In this document: piece after piece, positions 37,692 to 47,186 of the stretch
How the letters are laid out: each line of letters begins with the position of its first letter
How positions within the stretch are numbered: position 1 is the first letter of the stretch
NCBI GenBank assembly: GCA_029820295.1
Contig: JALGVA010000002.1
Coordinates: 6,069 to 70,068, forward strand
Direction of reading: 5' to 3'
DNA length: 64,000 bases
Origin: Candidatus Zipacnadia bacterium
GTDB taxonomy: Bacteria; Armatimonadota; Zipacnadia; Zipacnadales; UBA5352
Program-made: the position numbers and the translations under genes
The notes under the pieces: generated by a model
Told to the model about the DNA's origin: nothing
Databases searched by the model: none
The model's input: only the letters and a program-made list of their open reading frames with translations

Positions 37692-38660
37692 TCAGTATTG
37701 TTCCACGGCTACGGTCGCGCCCTCCCCGGCGGCCACTGTGGCGAGCACCGCCAGCCGATTCGCCCGCAGCGACGCCGCCCGGCCGACCAGCTCACCGCCC
37801 TCCAGCCAGTCGCGCACCACGGAGACCGGCTCCGGCAGCTCCTCGACCGCCGCGCCCGCCGCCGCCGCATCGGTCACGGTCAGCGTCCCCGCGGCCATCG
37901 CCAGGTCGGCGAAGCCGCCCGTCCCGGCGACGGTCACGCGGTAGTCCGAGGCGCAGGTGTCCGGCAGCATACGCTGGCCCTCGCACAGCGCGGCGCTGCC
38001 GTCATCGAGCCGGCAGTACACCGCCGCGTGGTCCCGCAGGTGCGCGTCGGCGGGATCGCCCAGGTTGCCCATGTTCGCCGACAGCTCGACGATGCGGCGC
38101 CCGGTGATCCACTCGACCTGGTCGAGCGCGTGCACCAGCAGATCGACGAACAGCCCGCCCGAGCGGCGCACATCCAGGAACCACGGCGGCCGCTGCTCGC
38201 GCTTGAGCCGCACCGCCATGCGCACGTGGGTGAACGCGGGCGCGCCGATGCGCCCACCCCGCACCACTTCGCGCAGGCCCGCCCACAGCGGCCGGCCGCG
38301 CAACGTCAGCAGCATCAGCAGACGCCGCTCGGGGTGCTCAGTCAGCGCCGCCTCGACCGCCTGTTGCTCCTGGACGGTCATCGCCAGCGGTTTGTCCACG
38401 ATCACGTCCTTGCCCGCGCTCAAGGCCGCGAGGACCACCTCAGCCCTGCGGTCGTTCTCGTTGGCAACCGAGACGATGTCCACGTCATCCCGCGCGACCA
38501 GCCCGCGCCAGTCGGTGCCCACCGGACAGCCGAAGGTCTCCTCGGCCCAGGCGACCTGATCCTCACGCACCGCGCAGCCGGCGATCTCCAGCAACTCCCC
38601 GGCGAGCCCGGTCACCTCGGCGATGTGCGTCTCGCCGCCGACAATCACGATCCTCTTCAT
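37692..38660 (-). CDS. Gfo/Idh/MocA family oxidoreductase
   Basis: GKDVIVDKPLA and SGGLFVDLLVHALD; RBS GGAGG before ATG 38660. Confidence 0.88.
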   Translation of the reverse strand: MKRIVIVGGETHIAEVTGLAGELLEIAGCAVREDQVAWAEETFGCPVGTDWRGLVARDDVDIVSVANENDRRAEVVLAALSAGKDVIVDKPLAMTVQEQQAVEAALTEHPERRLLMLLTLRGRPLWAGLREVVRGGRIGAPAFTHVRMAVRLKREQRPPWFLDVRRSGGLFVDLLVHALDQVEWITGRRIVELSANMGNLGDPADAHLRDHAAVYCRLDDGSAALCEGQRMLPDTCASDYRVTVAGTGGFADLAMAAGTLTVTDAAAAGAAVEELPEPVSVVRDWLEGGELVGRAASLRANRLAVLATVAAGEGATVAVEQY

Positions 38661-38671
38661 AGCGTCCCTCC

Positions 38672-38940
38672 GCACGGCGTGGCGTGACGCAGTCCCGGTC
38701 ACTTCCGCCGCCGCGTATGCGTCGCGCCACACCTCACTGCCCTCGGCGGCGTTCAGACACAGCGTGACCTCTTCGCCGCCCTGCCGCGCGAACACGCAGA
38801 GCATGTCGCCCACCAGGGCCGGGGTGGCATCTCCTGCACCCATGGTGCCGGTCCACCCCTGCGCCAACGCATCGGGTCAGGCGGGTGTGGATCCGGAATG
38901 TGAGTATGAGCGACGGGCGACGCGGCGAGGACGACAACGA
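38672..38940 (-). pseudogene. PQQ-like (BamB-type) beta-propeller gene remnant
   Basis: GAGDATPALVGDMLCVFARQGGEEVTLCLNAAEGSEVW; truncated, with a broken N-terminus. Confidence 0.6.
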
Positions 38941-38960
38941 CCTCCTCCTCCGTCTCGATC

Positions 38961-39281
38961 CTATGCATTACCCACAAGTCGGGACGGCTGCGGCGAGGCC
39001 GCGGGATGGACAGGCAATGCGCCGCTTTGCAGTGCGGGGGAGTGACACCTGCGCGGCTGTGTTGCGCAGGCGTCAGGTTCCATGCAAGAGCCCCATGGCT
39101 TCTGTTGGGAGTTCGCTGCGCGAAGTCCATCCCGGCCCGCGCACGACGGCAGCGCCAACGGCACACGACGCAACCGCCGGGCTGGCATGGAAGCTGAGGC
39201 GCTGGAGCGCCTCACCCTCCGTACGACAACGACGTACGGCCCAGACGTACCGAGCGTGTACGACATGTGCGTGATGCATAG
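38961..39281. mobile_element. MITE of IS4 family (IS50/Tn5-like ends), 321 bp
   Basis: 19-bp inverted repeats CTATGCATTACCCACAAGT and CTATGCATCACGCACATGT (16/19 identity); perfect 9-bp direct repeat GTCTCGATC at 38952-38960 and 39282-39290. Confidence 0.88.
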
Positions 39282-39482
39282 GTCTCGATCCCGCGCGACC
39301 GCAGACGACCCGGTCGCAGGCAGGAGGGGGCTTGCGCTACGTCGCGTATACTGCCACTCCGGCGCAGGTCGATCAGGCAACGCCGGTCCCCACGCATGTC
39401 TGTGTGCGCTATCACCATGCGTGATTGTGGGTCACTTGCGCCTTGCGGTGAACGCCGTGCCACGGTGCCACGGGCGACCGGA

Positions 39483-40727
39483 TCAGCCCCCGGCGCCCTC
39501 GATGGCCATGTTCCAGAACGGGCGGTCCAGCACGAAGTCCTCGCTCTCATAGAGGATAGCCTGCAGTGCGAGGCCCCCGAGCTTCCAGCTCCCGGTGAAG
39601 GTCAGGTCAGCCCGGCCCTCGTGGAAGCGCAGGTGTGCCGTACGGAACCAGTGCTCGCCGCGCTCGATGGTCACGTCCTCGAAGAGCGGGCCGTCCGGGC
39701 CGATCACCGAGAATGGCCCGGTGTCCTCCTCGGCATCGTGGACGTTCAGCGTCAGCAGGTAGTGCCCGGAGCGCTGGCGCAGCTCGAGGACACCCTCGGC
39801 CTCGCCGTCCGTTGCGGTTGCGAAGTCGCGGTAGAGCAGCCCGCCCGCCTCCCGCTCGACGATGCGCACGCGCTCAGGATCGCGCCAGCGGCATGATTCG
39901 TTGCCCGCATAGGGTTCGTAGTCGCCGTCCGCGTCGCTCTCCGAGAAGTTGACTGCGAGGGTAACCGGGAAGCCCTTCGTGTAGGCGACGTCGGCGGTGC
40001 TGTGCAGGGACTCGTAGGCCGCGACGCCGGGGCGAATGATGATCTTGCCGGTGAAGATGCCGCCCATCCGGCCGCCGGCGCACAGCATCAGGAAGTGGAA
40101 GCGCTCGCCGTCGTGGTAGGGGTTGGCGCTGTAGTTGTGACCGTAGTTGCTCTCCCCCACCCAGGGGCCGCCGGGATTGAAGTCCAGCGAGCATTCCGCC
40201 CCCGGCCGCTGCAGGAGCATGTAGCGCACGCTGCGCACCAGGTAGTCCGCGGCCGCGGTGTCCGCGAGGCTGAAGGTGCCGGTCTCCGTGTGCAGCGGCC
40301 CGCGCGGGGCGCCGGTCCACGCCTCGTAGTCCACGCCGTCGAGGAACTCGGCGGGCGTCAGCAGGTCGTACTGCAGATGCGTACCGCCCGTGTCGCCGAA
40401 GACGCGCATCTCGAAGGTGATGTGCACCGCTTCGGGCGTGACCATGACCTCGCGGCGCAGCGTGTTGCGGCCCTGCGCCGCCAGTACGGTGATGATGTTG
40501 CCCTCGCGGAGCACGCGGCCCGCGGCGGGATCGACCAGCACCGGCTCCCCCGGCCGCATGCCGCGGAAGGAGACGCAGCGATCTCCGCCGATGAGCGTCT
40601 GTCCGTTGATGCGCACCAGCAGGTCGGGGGCGACCTCGACCGAGAACGGCCCGGCATCAATCGTCTCAGCGACGGCTGCGCCGGCGGTCAGGGCGAGCGC
40701 GAGCAGCGCGATGACTCGAACGTTCAT
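39483..40727 (-). CDS. Secreted hypothetical protein
   Basis: Signal peptide MNVRVIALLALALTAGAAVA; ATGA coupling with the upstream gene. Confidence 0.75.
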   Translation of the reverse strand: MNVRVIALLALALTAGAAVAETIDAGPFSVEVAPDLLVRINGQTLIGGDRCVSFRGMRPGEPVLVDPAAGRVLREGNIITVLAAQGRNTLRREVMVTPEAVHITFEMRVFGDTGGTHLQYDLLTPAEFLDGVDYEAWTGAPRGPLHTETGTFSLADTAAADYLVRSVRYMLLQRPGAECSLDFNPGGPWVGESNYGHNYSANPYHDGERFHFLMLCAGGRMGGIFTGKIIIRPGVAAYESLHSTADVAYTKGFPVTLAVNFSESDADGDYEPYAGNESCRWRDPERVRIVEREAGGLLYRDFATATDGEAEGVLELRQRSGHYLLTLNVHDAEEDTGPFSVIGPDGPLFEDVTIERGEHWFRTAHLRFHEGRADLTFTGSWKLGGLALQAILYESEDFVLDRPFWNMAIEGAGG

Positions 40728-43513
40728 TGCGCACCTCCTGCGCCGCTGAGCTGCAGCCGGGCCAGGCCATACATCGCCATACTGCCGCCCGGGATCGTGA
40801 GCGTGGCGTCAGGACCGTCGCGCGCCACTGTGCACTGAACCGGCTCGGGCGCGTCGGGCGAGTAGAAGGTCGCCCCATCGACGGCCATCCCGCGCAGCCG
40901 CAGCGTGATCGGCTGATCGATGGTCGGGAACTCGATCTGACGGCGACGCACGACCTCGTCGGCCCCGAGCGGGCGATGATCCGCCACGTTCAGGAAGTGG
41001 ATCGCCAGCTCCGTCCCGTCGCTCGTAATCCACGTGGTGTACACCAGCTTGTCGGGGGCATCGACCACGCTTACGCTCTCGTCGTCGCCGAGGAGTTCGC
41101 GCAGCCACGCGGCCATGAACGGCGCGCTGTCGGGATTGCGCCGGAAGATGTCGGTGCCGCCCTCGTGCAGGCCCATCTCAAGGTTGCTGACTCCGAAGAA
41201 GGTCGCGACGTAGTAGACCGTGCCCGCGCCGTAGCTGGTCTCGACGATGCCCGGATACTCCACGCCGTCCTTGCGGAAGGTCGCGATGATGCGCGAGCGC
41301 TCAGGATCGATGACCTCGACCTCGAGGAGGCGCGCGCCGTGCTTGTAGAGCATGCGCTCGCGGTCGTAGGTGAAGGTCGGCCAGCCGGGCTTGATCACCT
41401 CGAAGGGCGCGTGGTGGAAGTCGATGAAGCGCAGGTTCATCATCTCGCCGAGGGCGAAGTCCTCGAGCGGACGCCGCTGCTCGTCGAGCAGCCCGGTCTC
41501 GGCGGTGACGATCAGCGTCCCGCCGCCGCGCACGTACTCCTCGATGGCCCGGCGGTTGGGCTCGTCGATCAGGGTCATGCGCGGCAGGATGACCAGCTTG
41601 TAGGGCGCCAGCAGCTCGGGCGTGACCGCGATCTCATGGAGCTGCCGGTACTGGATATTCGCCTCGACCATGGCCTCGCCCCAGCCGAGCGTCTCCATGC
41701 CGTGGTAGTAGCCGGTCCACAGCGACGCCGACTTGGACTTCTCCGAGAAGATCATGGCAACGTCGGCGAAGGTCTCGTAGTCGAACTTGCGCGTCTTGTG
41801 CGGCCACGTGATGAGGTCGCGCACCGAGCCGGCCATGCTCGCCACGTGCCACTGTGCGTCATTGCAGGCCTGGGACATCGCCCAGCAGAAGCGGCCGGCG
41901 CTGCCCGTCAGCGGATACCAGAGCATCCACGGCGCGCAGTCGAAGGCGTCGGTGATCGAGTGGTAGAGCCGGCGATCGGCGATGCAGTAGCGGTAGTTCT
42001 GGAAGGGCACGCGGCTGACGCCCTCCTTGCCGATGGCGTAGCTGCAGAACACCGTCGGCCACAGGCCGCCGCCGGGACTGGCCGAGTAGTAGGTGGTGGT
42101 GTAGCTACTCAGGAACGCCGCCGGGTTCTCCTGGTGGATCGCGGCCAGGAAGTCGCGCTTGAAGCGCTGCACCGAGATCGACTGCCACAGGCGCCAGAGC
42201 TGCCAGAGCGGATCGGCGTCGTTGTTGAGCACCGGCGAGTCGGGCTCGCGCGGCAGCTCGAAGCCGGTCTGCTCGGTGAACAGGCGGCGGCAGTGCTCGC
42301 AGCCGCAGTGGTAGCGCGAATGGAAGTAGACCTCGTCGATCTGGTAGGCGTCGATGCCCGCCTCCCGCTGCACGCGCCGCGCCCAGGAGAAGAAGTGGTC
42401 GCGAAACTCCGGGTTGTTGATGCAGTAGATGCGCGACGGCGTGCCGTAGCGGATGTCGCGCTGGGTCCAGTCGAGGTGATTGCCTTCGAGCAGGAACGGG
42501 TAGCCGCCGGAGTAGAAGATTGGCACGTCGTAGTGGTCGATGACGCGCATCCCGGCCTCGTGCGCGGCCCGGCAGATGAGCGTCATGTAGGGCAGGATGC
42601 GCGTCTCCCACAGCGGCACGTAGGTGTAGCGCATGTGCAGGCCGCTGACCATAATGGCGCTGTAGCCCTGCTCGGCCAGCCGCTGCACGATGCGGCGAGC
42701 ATCGTCGATGGTCTCGATCTCGCCCATGGTGTCGGCGGCCGAGTAGTTGTTGGGGATCAGGTCCATCTCGTAGACCCACTCACGGCCGGTCGAGGCTTCG
42801 CGCACCAGCGCGCTGCGGCCGAAGTACTGCTCGTTGAGCCGGTGCCAGGTCGCCTCGATGGCCTGCCGACGCGCGCGATCGGCCTCCGAGCCGCGCCGCT
42901 GCGGGTCCACATGCACCGTGACCGCATCGCAGTGGAGCACGGCGTCACTCGACTCGTTCTTGATGTGCAGGTAGTTGAAGGAGTCGGGGTAGACCATGTC
43001 GGTGATCTCGACCACGATCCACGCCGGGTCGTCGAGGCCGACAGGAGCATAGTCCTCCGAGGCCAGCCAGGCGTCGATGGAGGGCGCCCAGGGCACCGTC
43101 CAGCGGGCCGAGCCCCAGGATTCGATCAGGCCCAGGCGGCCCTCCTGCCAGGCGGGCGTGGTGCGCTCGCCGCCCGGGCCGAAGGCGATCTCCCGCGGGC
43201 GATTGAGCAGCCGGGGCCGGTCCGCCAGCAGCGGCTCCATGATCTCGCCGTTGACATCCACCGCGAGCGCCCCCTGGTTGTAGCCGCCTGGGCGCTCCGA
43301 CTCGGCGAAGGCGCAGATCGCCACCACGACGCGCCGGCCGTCGGCGTCCGCCGCCAGGCGGAAGCCCACGCGCTGGTCGGTCATGGGCCGCAGGCGGAGG
43401 TCCTCCGCCTGCCCGATCTGCGGCCACGCACGGAAGTCCTCGGCCGGCTGCGCCTGCGCCGGGATCGACACGGCCAGTGCTGTTACTGCCAGGATCGCGT
43501 ATGCGTGCCGCAC
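40724..43513 (-). CDS. Secreted GH-like protein with beta-galactosidase trimerisation-like domain
   Basis: Signal peptide, CINNPEFR, IDAYQIDE, CGCEHC, YKLVILP..YVRGGGTLIVT; RBS GGAGG before GTG. Confidence 0.8.
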   Translation of the reverse strand: MRHAYAILAVTALAVSIPAQAQPAEDFRAWPQIGQAEDLRLRPMTDQRVGFRLAADADGRRVVVAICAFAESERPGGYNQGALAVDVNGEIMEPLLADRPRLLNRPREIAFGPGGERTTPAWQEGRLGLIESWGSARWTVPWAPSIDAWLASEDYAPVGLDDPAWIVVEITDMVYPDSFNYLHIKNESSDAVLHCDAVTVHVDPQRRGSEADRARRQAIEATWHRLNEQYFGRSALVREASTGREWVYEMDLIPNNYSAADTMGEIETIDDARRIVQRLAEQGYSAIMVSGLHMRYTYVPLWETRILPYMTLICRAAHEAGMRVIDHYDVPIFYSGGYPFLLEGNHLDWTQRDIRYGTPSRIYCINNPEFRDHFFSWARRVQREAGIDAYQIDEVYFHSRYHCGCEHCRRLFTEQTGFELPREPDSPVLNNDADPLWQLWRLWQSISVQRFKRDFLAAIHQENPAAFLSSYTTTYYSASPGGGLWPTVFCSYAIGKEGVSRVPFQNYRYCIADRRLYHSITDAFDCAPWMLWYPLTGSAGRFCWAMSQACNDAQWHVASMAGSVRDLITWPHKTRKFDYETFADVAMIFSEKSKSASLWTGYYHGMETLGWGEAMVEANIQYRQLHEIAVTPELLAPYKLVILPRMTLIDEPNRRAIEEYVRGGGTLIVTAETGLLDEQRRPLEDFALGEMMNLRFIDFHHAPFEVIKPGWPTFTYDRERMLYKHGARLLEVEVIDPERSRIIATFRKDGVEYPGIVETSYGAGTVYYVATFFGVSNLEMGLHEGGTDIFRRNPDSAPFMAAWLRELLGDDESVSVVDAPDKLVYTTWITSDGTELAIHFLNVADHRPLGADEVVRRRQIEFPTIDQPITLRLRGMAVDGATFYSPDAPEPVQCTVARDGPDATLTIPGGSMAMYGLARLQLSGAGGAQ

Positions 43514-43532
43514 GGTGACCTCCTGTCAAGCC

Positions 43533-44534
43533 CTACTCGTTCTCGAACCAGCCTTCAGGGATGTGCAACGTCCAGACCTCGCTGCTCAGCTTGTCGGCAT
43601 AGCCGCCGTAGACCCAGATCCTGTCCTGCCAGACCACCGCCGAGAGTTCATGGCGGGCGGTCCAGATCACGTCGGATTTCAGTTCGGTCCAGTTCACACC
43701 ATCCTGCGTGTACCACACATCGCCGAAGTTACCGGTCTCCCGGCACCAGCCACCCAGCACCCACAGGCGGTCGCGATAGACCACGGTCGAGAACCACATG
43801 CGCGGCGCCCACGGGGCCGAGTCAGTGACCCGCGTCCAGCTCACGCCGTCCTCGGAGCACCAGACGTCATTGAGCGGGATGGTCTCGGGGTGCCAGCGCC
43901 CCCCGCCCATGAGCCAGATCTTCCCGTCGAAGACCACGGCCTGGGCGTGCGTACGCTTCTGCCACGCGGCGTGCTCGGTCTCGAGGCGCCACTGCCGGCC
44001 GTCGGCGGTGGACCAGACATCGTTCTTGAGGGTGTCGTCGTTGTCCTGGTAGAAGTTCTCGGTGCCGCCCATCACCCAGATGCGGTTCTTGAAGACCACG
44101 AACGAGGGCGATACCCGCGGGCACCAGCCGGGATCATCGGTCTCCAGCGTCCACTCCGCGCCGTTGGTGGACGACCAGACCCTGTTGCTGTTCTCGGCGC
44201 CGGGGAGCCTGCGCCCGCCCATAAACCACATGCGGCCGTCGAACACCGTCGCCACCGACAGGTCGCTGTGCTCCCAGGGCGCGACCTCGACCACCTGCGT
44301 CCAGTTGACTCCGTCTGCCGACTTCCACACATCGCGCGGGTTGGGAGCGTCCGCCGCAAACCAGCCGCCGAGGATCCACAGATGGTCATCGTACACGAAC
44401 TCGCCCTGCGAGTCGCGCGGCCGCCAGCCCGCGTCCTCGGTCACGCGCACCCAGTCCGGCCCCTGCCTCACCTCAGCCATGGCACAGCTCCCTCCGATCA
44501 CGGTCAGACCCACGGCAACCAGCAGTCGATGCAT
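43533..44534 (-). CDS. Kelch-repeat (galactose oxidase-like) beta-propeller protein
   Basis: Six repeats of VFDG.IW.MGG...NDVW.S.DG..W; signal peptide. Confidence 0.88.
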   Translation of the reverse strand: MHRLLVAVGLTVIGGSCAMAEVRQGPDWVRVTEDAGWRPRDSQGEFVYDDHLWILGGWFAADAPNPRDVWKSADGVNWTQVVEVAPWEHSDLSVATVFDGRMWFMGGRRLPGAENSNRVWSSTNGAEWTLETDDPGWCPRVSPSFVVFKNRIWVMGGTENFYQDNDDTLKNDVWSTADGRQWRLETEHAAWQKRTHAQAVVFDGKIWLMGGGRWHPETIPLNDVWCSEDGVSWTRVTDSAPWAPRMWFSTVVYRDRLWVLGGWCRETGNFGDVWYTQDGVNWTELKSDVIWTARHELSAVVWQDRIWVYGGYADKLSSEVWTLHIPEGWFENE

Positions 44535-44571
44535 TGCCCGACCCCCTTGTCGATGGCACTGTCGCCGCGCG

Positions 44572-47010
44572 CTACAGATCGGCCAGGTCCGTCAGCGCGT
44601 CGAGAATCTCCATGCGCACCCGGTCCTGCACGGCCCGGTCCTTGGGCGCGTCCCAGCGGTAGTCGGGCTCGCGGTCCATGGCCATGACGCGATCCATGGC
44701 GGTGGCAAGCAGCTCCCGCGCCGCAGCCAGGCGCTCGTCGGGCACGCCGTCGGCCTCCAGCTCCTCGATGCGCGCGCGCAGCATGGTCAGGTACTCGAAG
44801 TCCTCGATGCCCTCGCGGATGGCCTCCATGTACTTCGCCCCGGTGACTGAAGTGTCATCGAGGTAGAATGGAGTGTAGGGCCCGTTGCCCTCGGCGGGAT
44901 ACTCGTTCCAGACCGAGACCCTCCCGGTGTCGGTAAACGACCAGAAGCATGAACCCTCGCCGCCCATGCCGAAGACGTGCCACTCCTGGAGCAGGTAGTA
45001 GCTGAACGGGTCGAAGCTGCGCGCGGGCCCGTCGGCGCTGTAGAGCCACAGCGACTTGCCCTGCCGGCGCATCTGCTCGAGAAGGTCGGTGTACCACTCG
45101 CCCCGGGTCAGCACGTGCTTGCGGTAGGGGCAGATGACGTCGAGCGTCTCGAGCATCTCCACCAGCTCATCGTCGAGGCCCTGGGGCTGCGGGTCCTCCC
45201 AGGTGACGATGCCGGGCGCGGCCGCCTCCATGGCCCGCGCCCAGGCGGTGATGATGCGGTACTGTTCGGCGCTGTGGGGCTCATCGACCAGCAGCACGCC
45301 GAACTGCTCGGGGCGCTTGCCCAGCTCGACCATGTGGTCGGCCCAGAAGCGCGCCCAGCCGCCCACCCTGGCGGCAAACTGCGGCGTGTTCATCTGCGCG
45401 CCGTCGAAGCTATCGCCCACCACCGCGAAGATAAGGTACATCCGGCAGTCGGGCCAGCGCTCGATCCACTCGTCGAAGCTCGCGGTGTCCGGCGCCTCGA
45501 TCACGTTCCCCGCATCGTCAAAGTGGCCGGACCTGGTCCACGGCCCGCTCGCCCAGGGCGCGTTGACGTAGTGCTCCTGCAGGTAGGCCTCCAGCGCCTC
45601 GTAGTTGTCGAGGGTGAGGCCGTAGCCGCGCTTGTTGTTGGTGTCGCTCCAACCGCCGACGAGCAGCGTCGTGCGGTCGGGGAAGCGCAGCGGGTAGATA
45701 CGCAGGTTCAGCGGTACCCGCGCCGAGAAGCCCGCCGCCGAGGACAACTCGACTGCGCCCTCGTGCAGGCCGGGCTCGATCTCCGGGCGGTTGATGGCGA
45801 GCCAGACCTGTCGGGTCATCCCCCGCGGCACGTCGATGACCCAGGCGTCGCCGCTGCGCTCGGCCTCGGGCAGCGCGGCCGCCACCGAGGTGAACCAGCG
45901 CGTGCCCACGTGCTCCACCTGATGGACCGAGATCCACTCGGGATTGCCGCCGCCGGGCAGGCCGGTGATGCGCAGGCGCAGGCGCCGGTCGCGATCGGAC
46001 GCGTTCGTGATGTTGAGCACATCCGCGCGGTACTCGTTGCTCATCATCGCGACCGCGAGCGCCGCCGGCTCATCCGTCACCGGCTCCTCGCATGGCGTCA
46101 GCGGCTCCCAGCGGTGCTTGTGCCACAGGCGCAGCTCCGGCTGCCCCTGCGCGCGCCACACCTCCGCCTGCAGCCGGAAGATCGCCTCCTCGAGAGGCGT
46201 CATGGGCAGGATCGCGACGAAGCCCTCCATGTCGATGGGCGCCATCTGGGCGATCGCGGTCTCAAGATCATCGGCGCGCGCCTCGAAGTCGGTGCGCCGG
46301 TCGGCGGGCAGCTCGGCGATGTCCTCGCGCACCGCGGCCAGGTCGCGCCGGAACTGCGTGGCGATCAGACCGGTGATGCGCACGTCGTCAAGGTAGGTCT
46401 GCACGTCGGTCAGGGGCTCGCCCTCGTACGCCCGGGCCAGCCACGCGTCATCGCCGCGGAAGACCTCGATCTCGTCGCAGACCGTGTAGGGACCCGCCGG
46501 CTCGATGGCCAGCATGAGGTAGCGACCGTGCGTCTGCATCGCGCCGGTGAAGATGGGCAGCACCGCGTACTCGCCGTACCGGGGCAGGGCGCGCTCGGCC
46601 AGGTGCATGGCGATGAGGTCGCCGACCGCATGCCACGATTCGCCGTCGAGGCTCACGTAGAGGAGGATGCGGGCGGGCCAGTGCACATCGGCCACGCCTG
46701 CGGCGGTGTTGAACGAGACGCCCCGGATGGGCAGATCCTGGCCCAGGTTGATAGTGATGTACTTCATGCTCATGCCCGTCCAGCCGACGGTGCTGAGCTG
46801 CGTCCAGAAGTAGCCCTCACTGTACTCGCCATCGGTGAGCTGGCTCGCATCGCCGTCGTCCGCGGTGTCGCGGTAGCGTGGCGGCGGCTGCATCGTGTAG
46901 GGCCTGCCCAGGGCGATGTTGTCGCCCGGGTCGGGCAGCGCCGGGTCGGCCTCGGCGATGGCGGCCAGGCAGATGCACGCGATGGCGAACTCAATCGGCA
47001 GGGAGCGCAT
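44572..47010 (-). CDS. Secreted discoidin (F5/8) plus GH123/DUF4091-like protein
   Basis: NIALGRPY, QLTDGE, VSLDGESW, LVDEP and EAIREGIEDFEYL. Confidence 0.8.
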   Translation of the reverse strand: MRSLPIEFAIACICLAAIAEADPALPDPGDNIALGRPYTMQPPPRYRDTADDGDASQLTDGEYSEGYFWTQLSTVGWTGMSMKYITINLGQDLPIRGVSFNTAAGVADVHWPARILLYVSLDGESWHAVGDLIAMHLAERALPRYGEYAVLPIFTGAMQTHGRYLMLAIEPAGPYTVCDEIEVFRGDDAWLARAYEGEPLTDVQTYLDDVRITGLIATQFRRDLAAVREDIAELPADRRTDFEARADDLETAIAQMAPIDMEGFVAILPMTPLEEAIFRLQAEVWRAQGQPELRLWHKHRWEPLTPCEEPVTDEPAALAVAMMSNEYRADVLNITNASDRDRRLRLRITGLPGGGNPEWISVHQVEHVGTRWFTSVAAALPEAERSGDAWVIDVPRGMTRQVWLAINRPEIEPGLHEGAVELSSAAGFSARVPLNLRIYPLRFPDRTTLLVGGWSDTNNKRGYGLTLDNYEALEAYLQEHYVNAPWASGPWTRSGHFDDAGNVIEAPDTASFDEWIERWPDCRMYLIFAVVGDSFDGAQMNTPQFAARVGGWARFWADHMVELGKRPEQFGVLLVDEPHSAEQYRIITAWARAMEAAAPGIVTWEDPQPQGLDDELVEMLETLDVICPYRKHVLTRGEWYTDLLEQMRRQGKSLWLYSADGPARSFDPFSYYLLQEWHVFGMGGEGSCFWSFTDTGRVSVWNEYPAEGNGPYTPFYLDDTSVTGAKYMEAIREGIEDFEYLTMLRARIEELEADGVPDERLAAARELLATAMDRVMAMDREPDYRWDAPKDRAVQDRVRMEILDALTDLADL

Positions 47011-47186
47011 GGCGTGTCCTCCTCACGGCCACGTCGGCCGCGCGGACAGATTGTCCGCACGCAGGCAGATTCCCTCCCGCGCCGCGCCGGAGGACATCGC
47101 GCCCGCGCCGACGAAGCAGTCGGCGCAGGCGAACTGCTCGGCAGCATGTCGCACCATCCCGAACGTACACACTCCGGAGGTCTGAC

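Noticed and set aside
37692-38867. PQQ-propeller / Gfo fusion ORF
   Set aside because: The Gfo gene has its own RBS and ATG at 38660; the upstream part is a truncated relic that happens to be in frame.
39330-39352. TTGCGC...TATACT promoter
   Set aside because: The spacer is only 9 bp and there is no downstream + strand gene.
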